Source: Octopus bimaculoides (Eukaryota). From it: a DNA stretch of 64,000 bases. The stretch spans positions 27,362,748 to 27,426,747 of the forward strand of contig NC_068988.1 in NCBI RefSeq assembly GCF_001194135.2, in the 5' to 3' direction. The position numbers and the translations under genes were made by a program. A model generated the notes under the pieces. The model did no database searches and was not told the DNA's origin. It saw only the letters and a program-made list of their open reading frames with translations. Positions 26,457 through 36,974 of this stretch are shown here, one piece after another (position 1 is the stretch's first letter; the number at the start of each line of letters is the position of its first letter).

Positions 26457-26753
26457 CACTGGTTGTATTTCACTTCTTTTTATTAATATCTGACAGTTAA
26501 TTAACTAATTAACTGTTTGATTAATTGATTTGTTGGTTCATTAGAAATCTTTCATTGCAGTTTGCAACATTATCTACGACATGCTCTGATATGTTCCTCT
26601 TCTGTCACAGAAAGAGCAGACAAGGGCAAGTTATTAAAATAGTCAGAGACTGAAATGGAAGGACTTAACAAACAACAGGTTGACTGACTGATCAGACATC
26701 TGATTAGTATCTAAGTTAATTGATGATCATAAAAAAATGAAATACAACCGGTG
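26457..26753. mobile_element. Old MITE with ~25-bp TIRs
   Basis: cactggttgtatttcacttctttttat and ataaaaaaatgaaatacaaccggtg are inverted. The same terminus recurs at 55895-55919. Confidence 0.65.
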
Positions 26754-27648
26754 TGTTTTTACTGGCAAAATGGCCCTCCCAATGTACACAATTTCACATA
26801 AAAAAAATATATATATACATATGTATATACATATATATATACACACACAAATGCTTTCACACAAAATATACATGCATTAGTTCCAATTTTCACTGTCGCC
26901 TGCCAAAGGAGTTTGAATATCTATCCATCAGTGGATATGTAATGAATGAACAAGGGAATAATATCAGGGATGGGGTAAAAATAACATGCTATTTATCACA
27001 TCGAGATCTATACAAAATTTAGTATATTCATTATCCTCACAGATCTTTAAATCGAAAAGTTTTCTTCTTTTCAGCAGTTTGTTTAGATATTCCTGAAGGG
27101 AGAAAAAAGCTGCTTAGAGTTTGAGTTCATCTCAGATATCAGATCTTAACAAGATCTAGTGGTATTTGAATTAAAAAAAAAAAAAAGTTAATCCAACCTA
27201 GAGACTCCTTAAATTTTTCTTTTAAAGTTACACAAATCAATAACGAATTTAGAACTCACTAGAAACGTCTTTGGAGACAGTTTATCAGGGAAGTTAAACT
27301 ATATAAATAGCATTTCAATATAATCGCCAAATGTCTGGCCAAAGACATTGCATCTCGCCCTCCTTGCAATATTTTAGTATATATAATTATCAAATATAAT
27401 AAACTGGCCAATTTAATAGCTTTTGTTAGCTTATTTATATAGTTCCATCGACTGTTCAAACATTTTTCTTACATAGGATGAGTTCAAAATCCGAATGAAA
27501 AATTTAAGCAGTCTCAACTGGACTTCTCAGTAACGATTTCGGTTGCAATTAGAAACTCACTCTGTAGAATATACGTGTATGTGTTTATGTATATAAATGC
27601 ATATATATATATATGTATATAACGGATTATCTATATACGCATATGTAT

Positions 27649-28200
27649 ATGCATTATATATACATTCACATATAAATGCACTATATATATATATATATAC
27701 ATACATTCGCATATATAAATGCACTATATATATATATATATATACATTCGCATATATAAATGCACTATATATACATTCGCATATATAAATGCATTATATA
27801 TACATTCGCATATATAAATGCATTATATATACATTCGCATATATAAATGCATTATATATACATTCATATATATATAAATGCATTATATACATTCATATAT
27901 ATATAATGCATTATATACATTCATATATATATAATGCATTATATACATTCATATATATATAATGCATTATACATACTTCATATATATATATACATTATAC
28001 ATACTTCATATGTATATATAATACATTATACATACATTTATATAATGCATTATACATACATTCATATATATAATGCATTATACATACATTCATATATATA
28101 ATGCATTGTACATACATTCATATATATAATGCATTGTACATACATTCATATATATACAAATGCATTATATTTGTGTATATGTAATGCATTATATATATTC
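27649..28200. repeat. Minisatellite, about 19 units of ~28 bp (ATGCATTATATACATTC(GC)ATATATA(A))
   Basis: Units were read directly from the sequence; variant types change in a gradient along the array. Confidence 0.95.
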
Positions 28201-28966
28201 ATACATGATATATATGCATATCAGCATGTGTGTGTGTGAATGGAAGCGATAAGCTATGATCTGTCAATATAGATATATAAATATAGAATCAAAGATATAT
28301 TTTTAAAAAATGTCGACCTGTTCGTTTGGCAGTTATTAGGTGGTGGTGTATAAGACCATTGGGGTAGGGGATACGCAAAAAAAAGGTGGGTTATTTTTGC
28401 TTTTTGACACCTTCATGCGTAGTGTTGAAGTAGGGGGAGGAGGACACGGAGATAGGGGTGAAGATGGGACGAGTTGAGGAAACACGTATGAAAGGTCTAG
28501 TGAATTGTTTGATATGGCAGATTTTGTGGCATGTACATATACACACTTATATATATTTTATATATATATATATATACAATTTATATCTATATCTCATCAG
28601 TAATAAAAAATGCACCTTCACTGAAAAAAAGCACATTTCGTTAATACTGATCCATAATCATTATAAAAATATTTGGAATGTTCGCCGATCAGATAACACA
28701 GATTTTTTTAAAGAACTGTTCGGAAGTGGTTCTCCTGATTCACATTTTGATAAACCCCCCACCCAGACGATTTTCATTTTCTGTTTTTAAATAGTTTTAA
28801 CTTATTTCGCTTCGTTCGTCATTTTTTATTCTTATATTATTTTTCTTATTTCCTGATTCGTTCTGTATATATTTTTGTCGTATTTTTTTTGGTTAATTTT
28901 TTAATTTTTTATATTTCATGAGTCCAGATATGCCACGATCTGTCTATCTGTCTGTGTCTGTTTGTC

Positions 28967-29914
28967 TTACGCCTGAACTGTTAGCTTGAGCATCATCCTC
29001 AAATGACTGGTGATGTTATCAGCAGAACTGGAACAGTAAGGAGGGGCAGCGGGGAAGGGCAGTCTCGCATCACTAGCACAACTGATATTACTACCAACAT
29101 TATTGATGCTGATGCTGTTGTTGTTGTTACCCATGGGGATGTGGCTGTTCGATGCTGCTGCCATCGCTGCTTGAAACGATAATGCCATGTCGTCACTATT
29201 GAAAGGAACTGTGGTCTTTGTCGTTGTAGTCCAATGAACAGGCGGTTTCGGAAGCACTTTGGGTGAAGGAGGGTCACTGAATTTGGCCGCTGCATAGGCA
29301 TTACCTGGAACAGCACTAGAGGGAGCTGTGTCCGCTTTAGATGACACTTGACTGGTATTATTATTATTATTAGTGGTTGTAGTAGAGGCCAAGGACGGAA
29401 TGTCTCCTTCGTGTGTGAGTAAGCTGCGGAGCTGCTGATTATTATTATTAGTAGTAGAGGTGGTGGTGTTGGTGGTGGTTGCAGTAGTAATACTGCTACT
29501 GTTGTGCCGACGTTGTTGGTTGTTATTAAAGTGTGGTGTTTGCAGTTGCTGGTGTTGATGATGCTGCTGCTGTGTATAGGACGAATAATACATTTGTGGC
29601 AACACAGCCATATTGTTCGAATTATTGTTGTTGTTGTTCGACTGCAGCTTTTGAATTAACTGCTGTAAGTGCTGCTGCTGTTGCTGCAGTTGATGTTGTT
29701 GCTGCTGCGCCACCCGATTCATCGATGGCGTAGATAACGCAAAGCTGTTCTCAGAAGAGATGGCTGGTCCATTCTTATTAAAAGAGTGCTGCTGCTGTTG
29801 GTGATGTTGATGATGTTGATAGGCTCTCTTTGTTGTACCTGCCATGGATTGGCGTTGCAGCCGCACTTGTCCTGAAGCACCCGTTCCAATTTTCTTCATT
29901 TTGGGGAAAGTCAT
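28967..29914 (-). CDS. PNRC: Proline-rich nuclear receptor coactivator (PNRC1/PNRC2 family; Dcp1/Dcp2 decapping activator), 315 aa, single-exon CDS
   Basis: Diagnostic YAAAKFSDPPSPKVLPKPPVHW motif (human PNRC2 [22 protein letters not shown]) and C-terminal HLRMMLKLTVQA* (PNRC2 QLKTLLKVQV*). In-frame TGA two codons upstream of the ATG. Alternative starts possible at M6 or M24. Confidence 0.93.
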   Translation of the reverse strand: MTFPKMKKIGTGASGQVRLQRQSMAGTTKRAYQHHQHHQQQQHSFNKNGPAISSENSFALSTPSMNRVAQQQQHQLQQQQQHLQQLIQKLQSNNNNNNSNNMAVLPQMYYSSYTQQQHHQHQQLQTPHFNNNQQRRHNSSSITTATTTNTTTSTTNNNNQQLRSLLTHEGDIPSLASTTTTNNNNNTSQVSSKADTAPSSAVPGNAYAAAKFSDPPSPKVLPKPPVHWTTTTKTTVPFNSDDMALSFQAAMAAASNSHIPMGNNNNSISINNVGSNISCASDARLPFPAAPPYCSSSADNITSHLRMMLKLTVQA

Positions 29915-29998
29915 AAGTCAAAAATCTTCGCTGCAGGTTTTCTTTGGTTATCAATATTTGTAGTAGTAGTAGTAGTATTGTTGTTGTTGTTGCTGCTG

Positions 29999-30145
29999 CT
30001 ATTTGCAAGAATCAAGAATCAAAATGGTGTTCATTAAAATTCGAAGGTGAGAAAAATTGCTTTACTTTCGTTGTTGAGCTAATCGCCTGGCGAAAGTTAA
30101 AGTGACTGGCAGCAGGTTTGGTGTAAACATACACAGGTAAAGCAT
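29999..30145 (-). promoter_or_regulatory. Two candidate uORFs in the PNRC 5' leader
   Basis: 30062-30145 encodes MLYLCMFTPNLLPVTLTFARRLAQQRK* and 29999-30034 encodes MNTILILDSCK*. Both end before the main ATG. Inclusion in the mRNA is inferred. Confidence 0.45.
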
Positions 30146-30754
30146 ATAATAATAATAATAAACAGCAGACCAGACTAGATTTGTTCCAGATGCTGGCGAG
30201 CTTAGCTTCACTCACGACTACCACTGCTGTTATTATTGTTGTTGTTGTTTAGCTGCTAAACACGTACACCACTGCAAGCACTCGACTCTGGTCTGATGGT
30301 AGCAGATAAAAATACACACTTATGGTTGTTTTGACAATAAAACCAGTTCAACGAGCTTTTTTTCTTCTTTTTCTTCACCTCTTTACAGTTAAATAGAATT
30401 TAAATATTTAAAAAAAATTTCTATTTTTTACTTTACATATAAAAAATTATAACTTAGCTTTGTTTTCTTTTTTGGTCGTAAAAAATAAAGAATTATATTT
30501 CTGATAGCTTAATATTATTAATCTACTTGAGAAATAATTACAAAATTAAAAAAATATTCAAGATTAATGAAAGCAATGTTATTCTTAACAAAAAAAAAAT
30601 AAAACCAAATTAATAAAATTTAGAAGTTGATTTCTGAAAATAAGAAAAAATATAACTATAAGACCTAAAAAAAGTAAAGGTAATTACTGAAATAATAACA
30701 AAATAGGAGAGAAAAGAAAAATAAGAGTCACTTGATAAAAACAGTTTTCGTTCT

Positions 30755-30764
30755 CAAAATGGCG
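30755..30764. promoter_or_regulatory. YY1-like motif CAAAATGGCG
   Basis: Matches the AANATGGCG consensus and lies near the presumed PNRC first exon. Confidence 0.35.
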
Positions 30765-30999
30765 ATTAGCTTTTTTTCGTCTTCCAAAGTGAAAGCCTGT
30801 CTGTTGATGCTTCCAGTCATAGATAGATGCCTATGCGATTTGATTTGTTTTTACAACTCGAAGTCCGGTTTTTAAATGAATTTTGATCAGGGCGATGATG
30901 TATAATGTTCCCTGTGTTCATGGCACAGATTCCTTCCACCGAGTAAGTCATTCGCATACAAACACGTCTTTCTCGAATGTACTCTCTAAAAAAAAACAT

Positions 31000-31370
31000 A
31001 CGTACGTCATCATCAAAACAATAACGTTTTGACCAATCAAATTACAGCATTTGGATCAAGTGATATAATGACGTCATTGTTTATTATTGTATACATGACG
31101 GATAAAAAGGATTAAAAAAAGTAAAACAAAAAGAAAATATTATTTCAAGATTATTATTCGAAATTTAAAATTTTACGTTTATTTTTCTAATATAATCGTG
31201 AAAATATTAAATAAAATTGTTTTTATTTAAGTTTGAAAATTTGTTTATATTTTACATACCGGATATCAACGATGTTCAAAATTTAAAAAACAAATTCGTA
31301 AACAAAACAAAACATTATTGTGTCAAAAGGTATTTCCTACGGATGTGACGTCACTAAAAGTAGGCGGGGA
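31000..31370. promoter_or_regulatory. Divergent (bidirectional) promoter
   Basis: TGACGTCA at 31069-31076 (within 12-bp palindrome AATGACGTCATT) and at 31346-31353. Half-CREs at 31004-31009 and 31096-31100; CCAAT 31033-31037; GTAAACAA (FOXO element) 31298-31305; GGCGGG 31363-31368. An AT-rich spacer lies between the two modules. Confidence 0.7.
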
Positions 31371-34300
31371 ATCCTTTTCTTGGCACTCCACCCGACGTTT
31401 GTCTATTCATATTCCAGTAGTTTAGCTTAGGGATAGGTATATCGGCTGAAATATTTCTTATATACTTAGTAGCTGGTGAAATCGTTTACTCAGCCAAATT
31501 ACACTGGCTTCAGTTACCTGTCTGCTCTCTCTCGTTTTACAAATCTGGAGGGTACATTATTTTTCTTATACATTTTAACGAATCCTTAAACAACTTTAGA
31601 ACCTCAACAGATTATATAGCAAGTAAAATTGGGAGACTTTATTATAAAGCTCTATATCATATATCTTCATTTATTATTGTATACCTCGAACTGGATACGG
31701 GATATATAGAGAGAACGAAACCAGAGGTTGGTATGGTTAATTGTACGTATCTTAAAGCCGGGTTGGTTGGTTGGCTGGTTCTAATAAAACATACTGTAGT
31801 TCTAAGCATTAATTAAACTTTTATAGCTGATGTATTCTGTTTAGAAAAACTAAACAGCTTTAGGTTTTCTTTAAATGCAGTTTACACTCTGAAGTATTAA
31901 ATGAATACACACACACACACACACAATTCTATTCCATACTCGACGTTTATTGAATATGTAAAAAGTGTGATTCTAAGCATGTACTTCTAGCATAAAACAT
32001 AGCACCCACATGTGAAGAAGCTGACTTTAGGCTTTTATTGGGGGAGTAAAAGATTTTAGTAAGGTTAGCTTAGGGGTATTTAAATTGGAAGACCAAGAAC
32101 AATATTTCTTGATCTCAATTACGTTTTGTTTTTAAAAGAAATCGAAATAGATTTCAAATTAAACGTCACTTAAATTTTGGTCAAGTGAAAAACCTACTGT
32201 TGTAATATTTTAACCTGACAGATCTTTTGTTGACATATTTTCACATTATCAGCTGTTATATATATATATATACACTAGTTTCTGCTTCAATCCTTTCTGT
32301 TTACATTTTTCTCAGTAAAATAAGATCAATCAGGTTTTGTAAAGAATTTTGAAAGCTTAAAATAAGACTCNNNNNNNNNNNNNNNNNNNNNNNNNNNNNN
32401 NNNNNNNNNNNNNNNNNNNNNNNNNNNNNNNNNNNNNNNNNNNNNNNNNNNNNNNNNNNNNNNNNNNNNNNNNNNNNNNNNNNNNNNNNNNNNNNNNNNN
32501 NNNNNNNNNNNNNNNNNNNNNTATATATTGGTAATGTCATTAATTTCACATTATGAAGCATGTTGAAATAGATGTTTATTTGTATTCCTATGTCAAATAA
32601 ACCATTCAAAAATCGCGAAATTGAAAGAAACTTCACCGCTATACGAGAGACATTGACACAAACCGACATTTTTCTCCTGACCTCCATAGCCAGAAAACTT
32701 CGTTTTCTGAACCCTCTCCATCTCCCCCACCCTTTTTTTAAAAATTCGGTTTCATGAAAATTATAAAGAAAAGTAATTGTTTTAAGCTTATATGAAATCA
32801 ATTTATCACATGAAGTCTAATTCGTCGCAAGAAAATATCTTGATCTCAATCCACATCCGCTATTGAACATTTCATATGCGTCATATTCCCAAGCTAAACT
32901 TGAAACCGGATCAGACAGCTTCGTCATATATTATATACCTGCAAATCCTATGACTGCTATCTGCTTGATGATAGCCTTGCAGTGAAACATCCGGTATAGG
33001 AAGTATATTTTCGATCGCTATTAATAAAGGTTTCGCTTATATTTCGATCGAAAGCATGTTTTTCTTTTCTTCTTTTCTTTCTTTTTAATAATAGACTTAG
33101 AATGAAACCCCCGTTCACTCATAGATCCCCCACCCTAGTATAAATATGTTGCAGTATTATTGAACCGGATGAAATTAAATCGCATCATATGATGGTATCT
33201 GAAATAAAAATATTGAAATATTTTTTTAAAAGAATTTTCCACGAACTATATTATTATTATTATTATTATTATTATTATCATTATTATTATTATTCATAAA
33301 AGAAATCATTAATATTATGACGTATTTTTTTTTCAAACATGAAATATTATATTTACTTGAAGAGGATATTTAAAACGACTTCTAAAAGTGATAAAGGTAC
33401 AAAAGTTTAAAAAAAGATTACGGAAAAGGAAATGAAGCTCTAAAAGAAATAAGGGAGAGATGCTGCAGTATAAGATGTGATAAACAGTCCGCATTGGTGG
33501 TGGCAATGGCCCTTGATGCAGTGATATTAGTCTTCACTGTGCAAGCCTTGGTGCAATACTGCATGCCGCCGACTGCATGGCGTTACCAGTCCCAATAGCT
33601 TTCAGCTTGTTATATTCGTCCGACTCTGTTTCTATTTATTCTTTCATTCCTTCTCATTAATTTCTATAAGATTCGTTCGGTGGGTTTATTTTACTTTGTT
33701 ATTTTTTCTTCATGCCTCCCCCTTTTTTTCTTCTACCAGAGTTCAAAGCTTCAGGATTTATTTTATACAAATTGAATTTATTATTTTTTTTTAATCAAAT
33801 AAATAGTTTAGTTTATTGCAAAAAAAAAAAAAGAATCAAAATTACTGATTTAAGAAATATATCTAACAATATGATTTATATTATTACAGCACCATATTGG
33901 CTCTTGTGAAATGTATGTACATCACAACTTTTATTTTCCCTACAGAAAACTTTAAGGAAAAAAATTATTATTTGGTGAAAACATAAATAGTCGAGAAGTT
34001 GGATTGATGCTGAACAGTATTTGAGAATCGTTAAGTTCGATACTTGACGATTCTAAGTTCGCATCTCATCTAGGATTTCATCCCATTGAGATCAATAAAA
34101 TAAGTACCTATTATATATCGACACTTGTATGTATTCTTTAGAAGTGGCCTTCTCTCGAAACAGAAATAGTTATTATCTATGAATAATAAGAATATCGCTG
34201 GGAAAATTACTTGGAATTTTATAACATATTTGTTAGAAACTCCATCCTGTCATTAATAAAAACAACTATTTCTAAGACTGTGTGAACTGTTTGGAAGAGG

Positions 34301-34760
34301 TTAAATAAGACGATTGATTGTGCATGTATGTATAGAACGAATTATACACATACATATAAACACAGCTATATATATATATATATACATACCTACACGCCTG
34401 CATACTGACGTTCGTATGTACGTACATACACATATATATACATACACGCACACGTTCGTAAGGAGCCTCATCACTACACATCGGTCAATACATTCTTTTC
34501 TGATTTCTCTCGTCTTTCCATCCCCTCCTATCATTTATTCGTTAGATGTTCAAGTAGACATAAGAAAGACAGAAAAACAAAAAAGTAGCTGTTTTCTCTA
34601 TCTATATTTTGTATTTATTTTCTTCAATCCTTATCTGTTACAGATCCAGATTTTCTCATAAAGGAAAGCTTATTTAATCTAGTGAACAGCTTAGCTTTTT
34701 TTGTGTGTTAAGCTCGTGTGTGGACATAAAGTGGAACAGAGGCTAAGTCGATCCCACGAC

Positions 34761-35097
34761 ATGCCAGTTGCCACTAGCCAGAAAGAAGCCCAACTTGCCC
34801 GCACATACTCTCTTCTGTCGTCGAAACCTTCAGCCAGTTACAGCGGTCGTATCTCACCATCTTTAGTCTCTGCCGCCTCGGAGTCTCTCTACACACCCGA
34901 AAGCGGTGCTCTGCTCTCTGAAATGGGGCAGATTACCAACATGCCGACCAACTCCAATAATGACAACACAGGACACTTCTTTAGCACACACAGTCCACCT
35001 ATCTTGAACTTAAGTCCGAACTTGAGTCCCGTTGAACATCAACGGACTTCGCCCGGCTATGATTTAAGGGAAACGGCTCGCCGACGTAGTATACAAG
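34761..35097 (+). CDS. First coding exon of an unidentified Ser/Pro/Thr-rich protein (112 codons, then a phase-1 intron)
   Basis: Polypyrimidine acceptor ttacag| before 34644; in-frame TAG at 34692-34694 upstream of ATG 34761. CpG-rich, balanced coding composition; perfect donor CAAG|GTAAGT at 35097/35098. Peptide MPVATSQKEA...YDLRETARRRSIQ is not recognised. Confidence 0.75.
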
Positions 35098-35286
35098 GTA
35101 AGTTTAAACGGTTTTGCCTTAAAAAAGAACCATCCTTTATTATTTTTTTGCCAACCCCACCCCCCAGTTTCCGGCTACATGTGCTTACCGAAAACTTAAG
35201 CATTTACTAATGACCCATCAACCACCGATTCAACCACTTTAATAGTCTGCTGCTATTAATCTACCTATGTATGTGAACACACATAA

Positions 35287-35345
<59 letters not shown>

Positions 35346-36919
35346 TTAAATGCACGTTTGTGTGTGTTTGTGTGAACATGTGTGAAAGCTGTGTGTGTGT
35401 GTGTGTATATATAGATATAAATATGCATACACATGTATACATACGTACATACATGCATATATATGCACATGTAGGTATATAAATGTGACCTAGCCGATAA
35501 ATGTGTTTCGTAGTATCCCCAGCCGTACGACATCCTGCCTCCTTTACACAGACATACGTTTGCATACTCACGGAGTACCTGCGTTATATATACATACATA
35601 CATACAGACAGACACACGTTTTTATATATCTTCACGCATACGTACATACGTGATCTTTATATGTATTACACATGCGTCACACGCGTATCTGTCTGTCTAT
35701 CTATCGATCTATCTTTCTTTCTATCTTTCTATCTATCTATCTATCTATCTATCTCATGTACTTGTCATTTATGAAGACAACTCTTGGCTAAATACGCCAC
35801 GCGCGAGTATATATAATTTACTATACGTCCACGTCGGCAAATAGGAACTACATATATATATATATATTGCGTATGTGTGTACACTCTACCTACATATGTA
35901 TATATATATATATATATATTCGTGGCGTATATATTATGTACGTCCACGTCTGCAAATGAGAACTACAAATATATATATATATATATATATATTTGAGTTA
36001 ATACAGATGTGTGTATATATATATGTGTGTGCGTATAACATGAGAGTNNNNNNNNNNNNNNNNNNNNNNNNNNNNNNNNNNNNNNNNNNNNNNNNNNNNN
36101 NNNNNNNNNNNNNNNNNNNNNNNNNNNNNNNNNNNNNNNNNNNNNNNNNNNNNNNNNNNNNNNNNNNNNNNNNNNNNNNNNNNNNNNNNNNNNNNNNNNN
36201 NNNNNNNNNNNNNNNNNNNNNNNNNNNNNNNNNNNNNNNNNNNNNNNNNNNNNNNNNNNNNNNNNNNNNNNNNNNNNNNNNNNNNNNNNNNNNNNNNNNN
36301 NNNNNNNNNNNNNNNNNNNNNNNNNNNNNNNNNNNNNNNNNNNNNNNNNNNNNNNNNNNNNNNNNNNNNNNNNNNNNNNNNNNNNNNNNNNNNNNNNNNN
36401 NNNNNNNNNNNNNNNNNNNNNNNNNNNNNNNNNNNNNNNNNNNNNNNNNNNNNNNNNNNNNNNNNNNNNNNNNNNNNNNNNNNNNNNNNNNNNNNNNNNN
36501 NNNNNNNNNNNNNNNNNNNNNNNNNNNNNNNNNNNNNNNNNNNNNNNNNNNNNNNNNNNNNNNNNNNNNNNNNNNNNNNNNNNNNNNNNNNNNNNNNNNN
36601 NNNNNNNNNNNNNNNNNNNNNNNNNNNNNNNNNNNNNNNNNNNNNNNNNNNNNNNNNNNNNNNNNNNNNNNNNNNNNNNNNNNNNNNNNNNNNNNNNNNN
36701 NNNNNNNNNNNNNNNNNNNNNNNNNNNNNNNNNNNNNNNNNNNNNNNNNNNNNNNNNNNNNNNNNNNNNNNNNNNNNNNTACTAATAAAAAGTCTAGCCA
36801 AACTGGGCATTCGTATGTTGTTATTGTCAGCTGATGCCACCAACATCGACTTTTTCACCGTTTACATCATTACCATGATAAATGTTCCGGTTGTTACATA
36901 GGGTGGGATAGGTCGATCT

Positions 36920-36974
36920 GTGGTTATTACGCTATATATATATATATATATATATATATGGGCGTAATAACCGC
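36920..36974. repeat. 13-bp inverted repeat enclosing a (TA)n tract
   Basis: gtggttattacgc-(TA)n-gg-gcgtaataaccgc. Confidence 0.85.

Larger units (their letters stand above)
23484..28966 (-). other. Putative long 3' UTR of PNRC
   Basis: Lies directly downstream of the stop codon, is U-rich on the minus strand and lacks SINEs for 5.5 kb. The 3' end is not determined and may lie in or before the gap at 22864-23483. Confidence 0.5.

Noticed and set aside
28999-30224. Alternative-frame and antisense ORFs over PNRC (28999-29316, 29533-29733, 29778-30008, 30012-30224)
   Set aside because: Shadows of the real CDS or leader trinucleotide repeats; mostly non-ATG starts.
30935-30950. Perfect plus-strand donor GA|GTAAGT at 30943 suggesting an antisense first exon overlapping the PNRC leader
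   Set aside because: A single 6-mer with no independent support; promoter motif layout fits a minus-strand TSS here better. Only RNA-seq could revive it.
34701-35210. 169-aa ORF as a complete protein
   Set aside because: The TTG start is unlikely (first ATG at 34761), and the part after 35097 follows a perfect donor into T-rich intron sequence.
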